The notes: generated by a model not told the origin, from the sequence alone. 32,000 nucleotides of DNA from an uncultured Candidatus Saccharibacteria bacterium (GCA_964543385.1 CAZIYE010000001.1:600001-632000), one strand, 5' to 3'; numbered from the stretch's first letter, positions 1 through 10,647 are shown. Translations and numbers: made by a program.

Positions 1-276
1 AAGCCGAAATTGATCATTGCCCTTGGGCGACATGCAGCAGCTTCCCTATTACCAGGCCAGCCGAGCATCTCTAAAATTCATGGCAAGGCACTGCAAAGGC
101 CAAATGGAATAGTTTATTTGCCTTTATATCATCCAGCTGCTGCGCTGCATAACGGCGGGCTAAGGCAAACACTAATGGATGATTTCTCCAAGATTCCAGT
201 CATCCTCAAAAAAATAGAAGAAAAAGAGTCAAATAATTATACAGAAGAAGAATTAAAACAAGAAAAATTAATATAA
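1..276 (+). CDS. Uracil-DNA glycosylase, type 4/5-like family, C-terminal fragment (5' truncated by window edge)
   Basis: Frame 1 is open from base 1 (KPKLIIALGRHAAASLLPG...); contains the C-terminal motif YHPAAALHNGGLRQTLMDDF typical of family-4 UDGs. Confidence 0.85.
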   Translation, partial: KPKLIIALGRHAAASLLPGQPSISKIHGKALQRPNGIVYLPLYHPAAALHNGGLRQTLMDDFSKIPVILKKIEEKESNNYTEEELKQEKLI

Positions 277-300
277 AGAAAACAAACTATAAGGAAATTA

Positions 301-2259
301 ATGCAAAATGAAATTAAGACCACTGCTAGTGGTGAAAAGAAACAAATTGTACCAGAGAGAAATAATGTTCTCGATAAAGTACTAAAGGATGACGGGGTTA
401 GCTCCCGCTATCAAAATAATAATAATGGTCAGAAAAGACCGGCTAATGCTAATAGAAATATGGAACCTCGCTATACAGCGCAGGTTGCCCCTAACTCGGC
501 ACAGAAGAAAAGTGAAGAGCCACGTTTTACTGCTCAACAAGTTGATCCAAATGCTTACAAGTCAAAGTTTTTTTACGAACCAAAACTAAAAATTATTCCA
601 CTTGGTGGCGTAGAGGAAACGGGTGGCAAGAACTGTACTGTTATTGAATATAAAGATGATATTCTAGTTATAGATATGGGCTTTATGTTCCCAGACGAGA
701 GTATGCCAGGTGTTGATTATGTAATCCCTGATGTTACTTATTTGGAACAAAATAAGAAAAAAATCAGAGGTTTGATCATAACTCATGGTCATTTGGATCA
801 TATTGGCGCTATCCCTTATGTCTATGAGAAAATAGGCTCCCCAACTATCTATTCAGCACCATTAACGCTAGGTTTGATTAAAAGCAAGCTCGAAGAGTTT
901 GGTCTTGATAAAGTAGTCAAAGTTGCTTCAATTAACTGTGGAGTCGATATTCTTCAGCTTGGTTGTTTCAAAGTTGAGAGTTTTAAGGTAAATCATAGTA
1001 TCCCTCAAGCAATGGGTTTCGCTATCACGACCCCAGAGGGCGTTATCGTTAACACTGGCGACTTCAAATTTGATCATACCCCTGCTGATGGTAAATCTGT
1101 TGATTTTTCTGCCATCGCTAAAATTGGCGACAAAAAGCCGATCCTTTTGATGTCGGATTCGACAAACATAGAAAAACCAGGAGTATCTATATCTGAAAAA
1201 GTTTTGGAAGATTCCTTGATGTCTGTCATGGAAAATGCACAAAACAGACTCATTGTCTCCACATTCTCGACCCTTATTGGTCGTATTCAACAAATTCTAA
1301 ATGTGTCCAAGAAGATTGATAGAAAAGTATGTTTTGTTGGTAGAAGTATGGCTACAACTGTGGAGATTGCAATATCTCTGGAAGCCCTTATAATTCCCAA
1401 GGACACTATCATCGATGTTAAGGATTTGAATAAGTATCCTGATAACAGAGTTGTTATCGTCTGTACCGGCTCTCAGGGTGAGGATAATGCTGCTCTGACT
1501 CGTATTGCAACTGGCGAGCATCGTCAAGTAAAGATGAAAAAAGGTGATCTTGTGATCCTTTCATCATCTCCAATTCCAGGTAACGAGCGTGCAGTTTCCG
1601 GTCTTATGGACAATCTTTTCCGTGCTGGTGCGCAGGTTGTCTACCAAAAATTAATGGATGTTCATACCTCTGGTCATGCAAATCAGGAGGACTTGAAGTT
1701 AATGCTTGCCTTAATCAAGCCTAAATATTTTATGCCTGTTCACGGTGAACGTTTCAGGCTTATGTTGCATAGTCAGATTGCTCAAAGCATGGGCGTAGTA
1801 GACGAAGAGCATTGTCTTGTCGCTGATGACGGCCAAACTATTGAATTCAGTAAAGGTAAGGGAGAAGTTACTAATAAACGTGTTCCAGCCTCATATGTCA
1901 TGGTTGACGGTTTGGGTGTTGGTGATGTCGGTAATATAGTACTTCGTGATCGTAAGGCAATGGCCCAAGATGGTATCTTTGTGGTTATTGTTACCGTTGA
2001 TCATTCTACAAATCAGATTGTGACTTCGCCTGATATTATTTCTCGCGGATTTATTTATATGAGGGAGAGCGAAGATCTTGTTCACAAAGCTCGTGCTGAG
2101 GTCAAGAAAATCTTCCTAAAATATGTTGCTAAAGAAAAAGGTGGAGCGAAGGCTGATTATGGTGTTTCTAAGCAAAAACTTCGTGACGAACTTAGCGAGT
2201 TTCTTTTCAAGGAAACCGAGCGAAGACCAATGGTAATCCCGGTAATAATCGAGGTCTAA
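301..2259 (+). CDS. rnj: Ribonuclease J (metallo-beta-lactamase/beta-CASP), with a ~90-aa low-complexity N-terminal extension
   Basis: LKIIPLGGVEETGGKNCTVIEY, THGHLDHIGAIPY, SGHANQEDLKLMLALIKPKYFMPVHGE motifs; SD-like AAGGAA just upstream of the ATG. Confidence 0.96.
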   Translation: MQNEIKTTASGEKKQIVPERNNVLDKVLKDDGVSSRYQNNNNGQKRPANANRNMEPRYTAQVAPNSAQKKSEEPRFTAQQVDPNAYKSKFFYEPKLKIIPLGGVEETGGKNCTVIEYKDDILVIDMGFMFPDESMPGVDYVIPDVTYLEQNKKKIRGLIITHGHLDHIGAIPYVYEKIGSPTIYSAPLTLGLIKSKLEEFGLDKVVKVASINCGVDILQLGCFKVESFKVNHSIPQAMGFAITTPEGVIVNTGDFKFDHTPADGKSVDFSAIAKIGDKKPILLMSDSTNIEKPGVSISEKVLEDSLMSVMENAQNRLIVSTFSTLIGRIQQILNVSKKIDRKVCFVGRSMATTVEIAISLEALIIPKDTIIDVKDLNKYPDNRVVIVCTGSQGEDNAALTRIATGEHRQVKMKKGDLVILSSSPIPGNERAVSGLMDNLFRAGAQVVYQKLMDVHTSGHANQEDLKLMLALIKPKYFMPVHGERFRLMLHSQIAQSMGVVDEEHCLVADDGQTIEFSKGKGEVTNKRVPASYVMVDGLGVGDVGNIVLRDRKAMAQDGIFVVIVTVDHSTNQIVTSPDIISRGFIYMRESEDLVHKARAEVKKIFLKYVAKEKGGAKADYGVSKQKLRDELSEFLFKETERRPMVIPVIIEV

Positions 2260-2285
2260 TAACTAGAAAGTGAATACGGAATATA

Positions 2286-2320
2286 AAAAAACACCACCTA
2301 CTAATTAGGTGGTGTTTTTT
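2286..2320 (+). terminator. Rho-independent terminator after rnj (A-rich/T-rich on both sides, potentially bidirectional)
   Basis: AAAAAACACCACCTA-CTAAT-TAGGTGGTGTTTTTT near-perfect stem with T tract. Confidence 0.92.
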
Positions 2321-2332
2321 ATTCTTATTTTG

Positions 2333-2361
2333 TTGCAACTTGCCTTGTATTGGCCTATAAT
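2333..2361 (+). promoter_or_regulatory. Putative sigma-70-type promoter for ftsK
   Basis: TTGCAA-17 nt-TATAAT immediately after the rnj terminator and ~60 nt upstream of the ftsK start. Confidence 0.65.
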
Positions 2362-2423
2362 TAAATCCAAGAAGTGCTCTTTTGCACAATTATTGTTAAT
2401 GGACTCCTCCAGGAGGGAAAACA

Positions 2424-4673
2424 ATGGGAAGAAGAAGAATACATTCTAAAATAAAACCTGAACAGAAGTGGTACCAAAAGGATAATGGATTTGGAAAATA
2501 TGTTTTTGACTGGTCTCTTGGTTTATCATCAGAAACCTGGCGTACCATCTTTTCGATCTTCATTATAATTCTCGGCGTGATCATATTCTTGGGCTTTCTT
2601 GGTACGGCAGGTTCACTAGGCGAAGCGATTTCTGAACTTGTCCGGAATACTTTTGGCTCGTTTGGTGCATATGTATTTGATATGATATTCCTATATCTTG
2701 GCGTTATCCTTATCTGGCCAAAAAGAAAATACAGAGTATCAGAATTTCTTGGCCTACTTATACTTATACTAGCGCTTCCTACATTTTTGCACTTATTCAT
2801 TCCGGAGGAAGTAGCTCTTGAAGCAGCTGATTATGGCCGAAATGGTGGGAAAATTGGATACCTGATATCTACTCCGCTTAGAGAAGCCATTGGCTTATTT
2901 CCAACATTTTTGTTATCCGTAGCGATGGTTGCAATCTCGCTAGTCATGATTTTTGATTTCTCGTTGTTAGAGTTCCTGGGTATCTCTAAAAAAGAGGTTG
3001 AAGATGATGATTCTAAGGTTAATATAAATAATCGTAGCGAGGCAAGAGTTTCCGTTTTTGAATCAGTCAAAAAGAAATTTGGCTCTTTCGGAAAACCTAA
3101 GACAGTGGAGAATAAGGCTCAAGTAATAGAGGTCGCTGCAAGTGAAAATCATCAGCCATCAGTACGAAAAGATGTTGCTTGGCAATATCCGCCACTAGAT
3201 TTATTAAAGGAGTTAGACGAAGTTGCTAATCCTGGCAATATTTATAAAAATGCGGAGATAATTCAAAAGTGTCTCGAGACATTTGGCATAGAGGTTAGTC
3301 TCGGTGATGCCAATGTTGGCCCGACTGTCACTCAATATACTATCAAACCAAAACAGGGAGTTAAATTGAATCAGATAGTTGCTAGACAAAATGATCTTGC
3401 GCTAGCTCTTTCTGCTAAATCAATAAGAATTGAAGCTCCTATCCCTGGAAAAGACGCTGTTGGTATCGAAATTCCAAACAAAGTCGGGGCAAAAGTGACC
3501 CAAAAAGAGATCTTGCTCGAACCACAATTTAAGGCAGTCAAGAGTAAACTTGCGCTTGCGCTCGGTCGCGATGTTGCCGGCGAGCCGGTAGCGATTGATT
3601 TGGAAAAAATGCCTCATATGCTGATTGCCGGCTCAACTGGATCTGGTAAATCTGTCTGCATAAATTCAATCATTGTTTCGCTATTATTCAATAATTCGCC
3701 AGCCGATCTTCGGATTCTTTTAGTTGATCCAAAAAGAGTAGAGCTTACTGGCTACAATGATATACCACATTTGTTGACTCCTGTCGTAATCGAAGTTGAC
3801 AAGACGGTTTCTGCTTTAAAATGGGCTGTTTGGGAAATGGAACGACGTTACAAAATGTTCTCAGAACTTGGTAAAAGAAATATTGTTGCTTACAATCAGG
3901 CGCCAGGTCCAGAAGGTAAACTTCCTTATATAGTAATAATCATCGATGAGTTAGCCGACCTTATGGCAACTTCTTCAAAAGAAGTTGAAGGCTCCATTGT
4001 AAGACTCGCCCAGATGGCTAGAGCAACCGGAATGCATTTAATTATAGCAACGCAACGTCCATCTGTAGATGTCTTGACTGGTCTTATCAAAGCTAATATC
4101 GCTTCTCGTATTGCTTTTGCTACTGCTTCTCAAGTTGATTCTCGTACGATCTTAGATATGTCTGGTGCTGAGAAGCTACTTGGTTTTGGAGACATGCTTT
4201 TCATGGCAGCAGGTATAAAACCAAAACGTGTTCAGGGCTGTTTTGTCTCTGACCCCGAAATTGAGAAAGTAACCGAATTTTTAAAACATGAAGAAGCTCC
4301 TCGTTACGATGAATCAATTCTATCTTTTGGCGCCAGTCGAGGTGGAGGTATGGGCGGCGGGAATGGCAGTAGCGAAGATGATCTTTATAATGAAGCCATT
4401 GATACAGTTGTCGCTGCCGGAAAAGCATCTGCTTCTTTACTGCAAAGACGCCTAAAAGTTGGCTATGCCAGGGCTGCTAGACTACTTGATCTAATGGAAG
4501 AGAATGGAGCAATAGGTCCTGCAGATGGGGCTAGGCCTAGAGATGTTTTAGTTTCTGGTGCCGATCTTGGTTCTTATAGCAATAGCGGCGGCGGAAACTA
4601 TGTTAGCTCATATGATAATACTGCAGATTATGTTGACGAGAATGAGATAAAAAAAGACAATGGATCTTATTAA
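2424..4673 (+). CDS. ftsK: DNA translocase FtsK/SpoIIIE
   Basis: N-terminal TM segments; Walker A GSTGSGKSVCINS; IVIIIDELADLMATSSKEVE; RATGMHLIIATQRPSVDVLTGLIKANIASRIAF; C-terminal gamma winged helix (ASLLQRRLKVGYARAARLLDLMEENG). Confidence 0.97.
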   Translation: MGRRRIHSKIKPEQKWYQKDNGFGKYVFDWSLGLSSETWRTIFSIFIIILGVIIFLGFLGTAGSLGEAISELVRNTFGSFGAYVFDMIFLYLGVILIWPKRKYRVSEFLGLLILILALPTFLHLFIPEEVALEAADYGRNGGKIGYLISTPLREAIGLFPTFLLSVAMVAISLVMIFDFSLLEFLGISKKEVEDDDSKVNINNRSEARVSVFESVKKKFGSFGKPKTVENKAQVIEVAASENHQPSVRKDVAWQYPPLDLLKELDEVANPGNIYKNAEIIQKCLETFGIEVSLGDANVGPTVTQYTIKPKQGVKLNQIVARQNDLALALSAKSIRIEAPIPGKDAVGIEIPNKVGAKVTQKEILLEPQFKAVKSKLALALGRDVAGEPVAIDLEKMPHMLIAGSTGSGKSVCINSIIVSLLFNNSPADLRILLVDPKRVELTGYNDIPHLLTPVVIEVDKTVSALKWAVWEMERRYKMFSELGKRNIVAYNQAPGPEGKLPYIVIIIDELADLMATSSKEVEGSIVRLAQMARATGMHLIIATQRPSVDVLTGLIKANIASRIAFATASQVDSRTILDMSGAEKLLGFGDMLFMAAGIKPKRVQGCFVSDPEIEKVTEFLKHEEAPRYDESILSFGASRGGGMGGGNGSSEDDLYNEAIDTVVAAGKASASLLQRRLKVGYARAARLLDLMEENGAIGPADGARPRDVLVSGADLGSYSNSGGGNYVSSYDNTADYVDENEIKKDNGSY

Positions 4674-5379
4674 TATGATAAGAGGATTTTCAACAAGAAA
4701 AATTGAAGGCCAAAAAACGTTAGGAGAGAGACTCAGGTCTGTCCGACAGTCTTTGAATTTATCTATTCAAGACGCTGAAAATGGTTCTAAAGTAAGGGCT
4801 AAATTTCTAGTTGGGTTAGAGAACGGAGATTGGAATAACTTACCGACCCCTGTCTACGTTCGAGGTTTTGTTTTGGCATATGCCAAATTTTTAGACATCA
4901 GCAGAGAAGAAATAATCCGTCTATATGAAGCCGAATTGTCTCTCAAAAAGACGCAGAACCCGAGTGAATTTAGCTATAAAAACAGTATCAAAGATGTAAA
5001 AGTTATACTTACACCAAAAGTTTTGGGTTATTCATTGTTAGCCACTTTTGTTTTAGTTATGTTTGGCTACATCTTTTATCAAGTCATGAATTTTGCAGGT
5101 AGCCCCAATCTGCAAGTATCTGCTCCGGGAAATAATTTAGTTCTCGAAACAGATTCAACGGATATCCGTGGTGTGACTGACAGTGATACTGTTATAAGCG
5201 TTAATAATGAGACAATCCCTGTTACTAATGATGGACGTTTCTCAGCTTCTTTAAAACTTCATCGTGGCGTAAATGTTATTAAGGTCAAGGCTCTAAACAA
5301 GGCAAAGAAAGAGACGACCAATGTGCTTACGATAGAGTATAAGCCAAAGACCGCACTAATTGATCTGGAAAGAAATTAA
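4660..5379 (+). CDS. RodZ-like cytoskeletal/HTH membrane protein (start may be the internal ATG at 4678)
   Basis: N-terminal HTH (LGERLRSVRQSLNLSIQDAENGSKVRAKFLVGLENGDWNNLPTPVYVRGFVLAYAKFL), one TM helix, C-terminal Ig-like segment; overlaps the ftsK 3' end. Confidence 0.8.
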   Translation: MDLINMIRGFSTRKIEGQKTLGERLRSVRQSLNLSIQDAENGSKVRAKFLVGLENGDWNNLPTPVYVRGFVLAYAKFLDISREEIIRLYEAELSLKKTQNPSEFSYKNSIKDVKVILTPKVLGYSLLATFVLVMFGYIFYQVMNFAGSPNLQVSAPGNNLVLETDSTDIRGVTDSDTVISVNNETIPVTNDGRFSASLKLHRGVNVIKVKALNKAKKETTNVLTIEYKPKTALIDLERN

Positions 5380-5413
5380 TCAAAAAGTTAGAAATTAATA
5401 GTTAGGGTAAATT

Positions 5414-6457
5414 ATGGTCAAGAAAGAATCTGCTGAAGAAATAAAAATAGATGGTAAAAATGAGGCCCTAAAGGCCGCACTCATGTCGATAGAAAAACAG
5501 TTTGGCAAGGGTGCAATTATGACCCTTTCTGATAGCAGTTCCATGAAAGTCGATGCTATATCAACAGGCTCATTTTCTCTAGATTTGGCTCTTGGAATAG
5601 GTGGTTTGCCAAGGGGGAGAGTCATCGAGATATTTGGCCCAGAGTCATCTGGCAAAACTACTTTAGCTATTTCAACGGTTGCAGAAGCACAGAAAAATGG
5701 CGGCAATTGTGCCTTTATTGATGCTGAACATGCTTTTGATCCAGAATATGCCAAAAATTTGGGTGTTGATTTGGACAATTTATTGATATCTCAGCCAGAC
5801 AATGGCGAACAAGCTCTAGAGATCTGTGAGACCCTGGTCCGTTCAAATGCTCTCGATGTCGTAGTAGTTGATTCAGTCGCTGCTCTTGTTCCGCGTGCTG
5901 AAATTGAAGGCGAGATGGGCGATTCAATGATGGGTGTCCAAGCTAGATTGATGTCACAGGCCCTAAGAAAATTAACCGGAGCAGTCTCTAAATCAAAAAC
6001 AATATTAATATTCATTAATCAGATAAGAATGAAAATTGGTGTTATGTTTGGAAATCCGGAAACTACTACTGGCGGAAATGCTCTGAAATTTTATTCGTCG
6101 GTTCGTTTAGATATTCGTCGCAAAGCTGCATTGAAAAAAGGAGAAGATACTGTTGGCAACAATGTCACAGTTAAGGTTGTTAAAAACAAAGTTGCGCCAC
6201 CATTTAAGACTGCTGAATTCGATATTATGTATGGTACTGGCATAGACTATGCAGGGGAAATTCTTGATTCCGGTGTGAAATATGGAATTGTAGATAGAGC
6301 AGGGTCATGGCTTTCATATAACGATGAAAAGCTTGGCCAAGGCAAAGAGGGCGCTAGAAGTTTCCTGAAGAAGAACCCCAAAATTATTGAGGAAATAAAG
6401 AAAAAGATTCTAGACAAAGTTGTGTCCGATAAACTTGAGGCGGACAAGCAAGATTAA
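5414..6457 (+). CDS. recA: Recombinase RecA
   Basis: [15 protein letters not shown] Walker A; [22 protein letters not shown]; [47 protein letters not shown]. Confidence 0.99.
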   Translation: MVKKESAEEIKIDGKNEALKAALMSIEKQFGKGAIMTLSDSSSMKVDAISTGSFSLDLALGIGGLPRGRVIEIFGPESSGKTTLAISTVAEAQKNGGNCAFIDAEHAFDPEYAKNLGVDLDNLLISQPDNGEQALEICETLVRSNALDVVVVDSVAALVPRAEIEGEMGDSMMGVQARLMSQALRKLTGAVSKSKTILIFINQIRMKIGVMFGNPETTTGGNALKFYSSVRLDIRRKAALKKGEDTVGNNVTVKVVKNKVAPPFKTAEFDIMYGTGIDYAGEILDSGVKYGIVDRAGSWLSYNDEKLGQGKEGARSFLKKNPKIIEEIKKKILDKVVSDKLEADKQD

Positions 6458-6479
6458 GTTTGTAGACTTATAGATAAAA

Positions 6480-6923
6480 ATGAAAAAATCTCCGCTTCAA
6501 TATGCATTAGACCTAGTTGCTCTTAGAGACAGAACCGAGTTCGAGATAAAAAATAAAATGACTGAGAAGCAGTATCTGGGAGAGGAAATCATCAAAACAA
6601 TAGAATGGTTGAAGGACAAAAAGTTTATCAACGATGAAAGGTTCGTCGACAATTATGTCAAAGATCAGTGCTCCCTCGGACGAAATGGATTTTACAAAAT
6701 TAAATTTAAGCTATATTCATTGGGTATTAGTAAAGAATTAATAGAAAAATATTGCAACGAGATCGATTTGGATAATGAACAAAATAGAGCAAAAGAGCTG
6801 GCTGATAAGTGGCTAATCAAAAATGAGAGCAAAGATAATAAGTATGATAAACTGGGACGTTTTCTGGTCGGTAGAGGGTTTGAGATAAATATCGTCAGAG
6901 AAGTTTTAAAACAGGTCATTTAA
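6480..6923 (+). CDS. recX: Regulatory protein RecX
   Basis: Position just downstream of recA; RecX-like tandem three-helix repeats (YALDLVALRDRTEFEIKNKM..., NRAKELADKWLIK...GRFLVGRGFEINIVREVL). Confidence 0.85.
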   Translation: MKKSPLQYALDLVALRDRTEFEIKNKMTEKQYLGEEIIKTIEWLKDKKFINDERFVDNYVKDQCSLGRNGFYKIKFKLYSLGISKELIEKYCNEIDLDNEQNRAKELADKWLIKNESKDNKYDKLGRFLVGRGFEINIVREVLKQVI

Positions 6924-6954
6924 TAATTTTAAATTGAAAATATAAGGAGGGGTA

Positions 6955-9291
6955 GTGTTTGGAAAAAAGACGAAAAAGAAGTCAAAGTATATTTTATGGT
7001 TTGAGGAAATCCATAAGGAGGACATACCCCATGTCGGAGGCAAGGGTGCTAACCTTGGAGAACTAACCAATCACAAAATTCCAGTTCCAAATGGTTTTTG
7101 TGTCACGGCCGAGGCCTTTTTTTATTATCTTGAAAAAACTGGTGCAAAAGCTCAGATAACAAAATTGCTTAGCGGTTTAAATCCTGAAGATAACAAAAAA
7201 TTAAACCAAGTCTCAAGGACAATAAAGAAACTTATTCTTAATACCAGACTGCCAAAAGACCTAGCAGATGAGATAAGAGTCGCTTATCGTAATCTTGGCG
7301 GTTTCCCAGTGGCCGTAAGATCATCTGCGACTGCCGAAGATCTCCCAGAGGCTTCATTTGCAGGGCAACAAGCGACTTTTCTAAATACTATTGGTGCTGA
7401 CAATGTAGTAGAGTCAACTATTCAATGTTATGCCTCTTTATTTGAAGCAAGAGCAATCTACTATAGGATTATCAATAAATTCGACCATATGAAGGTAGGG
7501 CTGTCAGCCGTTGTCCAAAATATGGTTCAGTCTGATAAATCAGGAATTTTATTTACTGTAGACCCTGTCACTGAGAATAAAGACAATATCGTTATCGAGG
7601 CCGGCTATGGTCTCGGCGAAGCGATAGTTTCTGGGTCGGTCACCCCTGACCGTTATATCGTGGACAAAAACACTTTTGAAATTATCGAAAAGGAGATCAA
7701 CAAACAGACTTGGAAGATTGTTCATGCAAAGAATGGCGGAGATCGCCATGCATCCGTAGAAGCAAAGCTCCAAAAAAGTCAAAAGATTACCGACATTGAA
7801 ATAATAAAATTAGCCAAAATAGCCAAAAATATTGAGGATCATTATGGCAAACCACAAGATACAGAGTGGGCAATTGAAAATGGCTCTGTTTATTTTGTTC
7901 AATCCAGACCAATAACAACACTAGGAAACCAATTAGCGGAGAATAATAATCAGAAAGACGAAGATCCGCAGGTTGAGACAGAACAAAACAAAGAAGAAAT
8001 TTTGCTCAAAGGCGCAGCGGCTTCTCTGGGTAGTGCATATGGCCCGGTAAAAATAATTCATAAACCAACAGAAATAGATAAGATCAATCAGGGTGATGTA
8101 TTGGTTACTGAGATGACAACACCTGATTTTGTGCCAGCGATGAGAAAGGCAACTGCAATTGTTACTGATACTGGGGGCAGAACTTGCCATGCTGCTATTG
8201 TTTCCCGCGAGCTCGGAATTCCTTGTGTCGTTGGAACAGGTACTGCCACTAATGTACTTAAAAATGGCCAGGTTATTACTGTTGATGGCGCAAGAGGTCT
8301 TGTTTACAAAGGAAAAATCAAGACTAAATCAGCAGCTAAAGTATCAAATAGCGGTTTGTCGGGATCAGCTATCAGCGAAGAAATTCCAGTTACTGGTACA
8401 AAAGTTTATGTGAATCTTGGCGAGCCCCAATTAGCCGAAGAAGTTGCTAAGATGCCTGTCGATGGAGTTGGGTTATTGAGAGCTGAATTTATGGTCGCAA
8501 ATTTAGGAGAGCATCCTAAGGCTATGGTGGCTGATGGCAGAGGAGATGACTATGTCAAAGCTTTAGTCGATGGTTTAAAAACTATTGCCGGAGCTTTCGC
8601 TCCAAGGCCTGTAGTTTATAGAGCAACTGACTTTAAAACAAATGAGTATAAAGGACTCAAAGGTGGAGAGCAGTATGAACCAGCCGAGGATAATCCAATG
8701 ATTGGCTATCGTGGTGCTTCACGTTACATCGCCGAGCCAGATATGTTTGCTTTAGAACTAAAGGCAATCAAGAAAGTCAGAGAAGAACACGATCTAAAAA
8801 ATCTTTGGATGATGGTGCCATTTGTCAGAACTCTTTCTGAGATGGAGCAGTGTTTGGCATTGATCGAAAAAGGTGGATTAAAACAAGGTCCTGATTTCAA
8901 AATATGGATGATGTGTGAAATACCTTCAAACGTGATATTGCTTGATAAATTTATTGATCTTGGGATCGACGGAGTTTCTATCGGCTCAAATGATCTAACC
9001 CAGTTAACATTGGGTGTAGATAGGGACAATCAGACTTTAGCTAAGTTGTTTGACGAAAGAGATGAAGCCGTCCGACTTTCAATAGAGTATGTGATCAAAA
9101 CTTGTCGCAAGAGAAGTATTACCTGTTCAATTTGCGGTCAAGCTCCTAGTACATATCCAGAAATCACGGAAATGATGGTAAAGGCGGGAACAACCAGCGT
9201 TTCTGTCACTCCTGATGTTATTATCCAAACAAAAAAATTGATTGCTTCAGTTGAAAAAAGACTATTACTCTCAAATATTATTGATAGATAA
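6955..9291 (+). CDS. ppsA: Phosphoenolpyruvate synthase (GTG start)
   Basis: GGKGANLGEL, AVRSSATAEDLPEASFAGQQ, TDTGGRTCHAAIVSRELGIPCVVGTG (phospho-His), GSNDLTQLTLGVDRDNQ, CSICGQAPS; strong AAGGAGG SD. Confidence 0.97.
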   Translation: MFGKKTKKKSKYILWFEEIHKEDIPHVGGKGANLGELTNHKIPVPNGFCVTAEAFFYYLEKTGAKAQITKLLSGLNPEDNKKLNQVSRTIKKLILNTRLPKDLADEIRVAYRNLGGFPVAVRSSATAEDLPEASFAGQQATFLNTIGADNVVESTIQCYASLFEARAIYYRIINKFDHMKVGLSAVVQNMVQSDKSGILFTVDPVTENKDNIVIEAGYGLGEAIVSGSVTPDRYIVDKNTFEIIEKEINKQTWKIVHAKNGGDRHASVEAKLQKSQKITDIEIIKLAKIAKNIEDHYGKPQDTEWAIENGSVYFVQSRPITTLGNQLAENNNQKDEDPQVETEQNKEEILLKGAAASLGSAYGPVKIIHKPTEIDKINQGDVLVTEMTTPDFVPAMRKATAIVTDTGGRTCHAAIVSRELGIPCVVGTGTATNVLKNGQVITVDGARGLVYKGKIKTKSAAKVSNSGLSGSAISEEIPVTGTKVYVNLGEPQLAEEVAKMPVDGVGLLRAEFMVANLGEHPKAMVADGRGDDYVKALVDGLKTIAGAFAPRPVVYRATDFKTNEYKGLKGGEQYEPAEDNPMIGYRGASRYIAEPDMFALELKAIKKVREEHDLKNLWMMVPFVRTLSEMEQCLALIEKGGLKQGPDFKIWMMCEIPSNVILLDKFIDLGIDGVSIGSNDLTQLTLGVDRDNQTLAKLFDERDEAVRLSIEYVIKTCRKRSITCSICGQAPSTYPEITEMMVKAGTTSVSVTPDVIIQTKKLIASVEKRLLLSNIIDR

Positions 9292-9306
9292 TCAAAAAGG
9301 ATTTTA

Positions 9307-10647
9307 ATGGACGGACTTCAAGATGATATCCCGCTTGAAAATGATGCTAAGAGGAGCAAAGGCTTAAGACCATTTTGGTTTTGGACAGCCATAATCTGTT
9401 TTACTGTTGCTAATTATGTTCTATTCTATTTTTTCGCAAAATATCTCGTTCTATGGTTAATCGAAAAAATAGGATTAGTAGGCATTCTGTATATTGGTTA
9501 CTATGGAATATATCCTCTTTTAATTATATCCGCATTAACTGCATTTGCTACCTGGATTACCCTTAAAAAAAACTTTGTGGGTAAAAGGGCTGCCTATCTG
9601 TTGTTAGTTATCTATCTATCCATCTCATGCTATGCCATTTCTTACGCACATATTGCATTGGCCAATTATCACAACCGTTTAATTGTGAAGCAAAAAGTAT
9701 CTAAGTCTGTGCAGACCTATGGAGAGCACAAGATTACTAGTAATAGACAAGTTGTGAATACGGGCAACGCCAGTATTCAATCTTCATTATCGTCAAGTGG
9801 TATTTTTTCATGGGTTGGCCATGATGACACCGAACTAGAGAAAGGAAATGTAGATAACTTAGTCACTCTTACTATTGACGGTGACAAATATAATAAAGAG
9901 AAAATCATACAAAATGCTTCATCTGCAGTTATGTCTACGCAAAATAAGGTTTATTTTGTTAAAAATGATTTATTTGAGTATGATCTTAGAGCTAAAATCC
10001 AAAAGACTATTCTCTCAAATGTAGGGGACATCAAAAGTGAATATCAAGGAAGAATAGTATTGACTTATGGGGGCGTACTTTCTGTTTATGACACTGAGAC
10101 GGGGAGACTGAATGATATTTCAGCAGCTACGGCAGATCTCCTATCCGACAATGTCTTCTATGCTGGAAAGTATATTCACACAAAGGAACCGATTGGTCTA
10201 GACATAAGGCTAAGAAGATTTGACATTATCAGCCAAGTCAAAAAAGATGTTATAACAATTGAGAATGGCAAGCATCTTAATATGATAGCCTCAAATGATG
10301 ATTATAGTGTATATACTATTACCGATATAAATGGGACAAAATCAACATTTACTATAATCAGTAATGGTGATAACGCAGTAACATTTTCCGAAGAAGTTTC
10401 CGGCACTCCTAACTATCATGCGAAGGCTAAATTTATCGATAATATTTTGTATGTGACTGTCAGGGATGATAGTGACGGCAATAAATATAATATTGTAAAA
10501 ATTGATCCAAAAACATCGCAAAAGGATATGGTATTTCACCTGTCTGACAATGGGGCAGGAAGAGAAGACTGGGATACAGATGGCCAATACCTAATTTATT
10601 CTACTGGACTTTACGGAGATCTGATTCTAAGTCCAATCGATAAATAA
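9307..10647 (+). CDS. Membrane-anchored protein of unknown function: three or more TM helices followed by a repetitive beta-rich (propeller-like) extracytoplasmic region
   Basis: Hydrophobic segments in the first ~130 aa, then recurring strand-like units (KVYFVKNDLFEYDLRAKIQKTI, GGVLSVYDTETGRLNDI, ILYVTVRDDSDGNKYNIVKIDPKT, DGQYLIYSTGLYGDLILSPIDK). Fold assignment is inference. Confidence 0.6.
   Translation: MDGLQDDIPLENDAKRSKGLRPFWFWTAIICFTVANYVLFYFFAKYLVLWLIEKIGLVGILYIGYYGIYPLLIISALTAFATWITLKKNFVGKRAAYLLLVIYLSISCYAISYAHIALANYHNRLIVKQKVSKSVQTYGEHKITSNRQVVNTGNASIQSSLSSSGIFSWVGHDDTELEKGNVDNLVTLTIDGDKYNKEKIIQNASSAVMSTQNKVYFVKNDLFEYDLRAKIQKTILSNVGDIKSEYQGRIVLTYGGVLSVYDTETGRLNDISAATADLLSDNVFYAGKYIHTKEPIGLDIRLRRFDIISQVKKDVITIENGKHLNMIASNDDYSVYTITDINGTKSTFTIISNGDNAVTFSEEVSGTPNYHAKAKFIDNILYVTVRDDSDGNKYNIVKIDPKTSQKDMVFHLSDNGAGREDWDTDGQYLIYSTGLYGDLILSPIDK

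Noticed and set aside
928-2389. Minus-strand ORFs opposite rnj (928-1293, 1297-1527, 1891-2085, 2207-2389)
   Set aside because: Fully antisense to a clearly recognisable RNase J, no family motifs; typical shadow ORFs.
2396-3070. Minus-strand ORFs 2396-2800 and 2831-3070
   Set aside because: Antisense to the ftsK N-terminal region; no supporting motifs or RBS.
5395-6447. Overlapping minus/plus ORFs within recA (5395-5778, 5715-5927, 5791-6015, 6247-6447)
   Set aside because: Shadow frames of recA.
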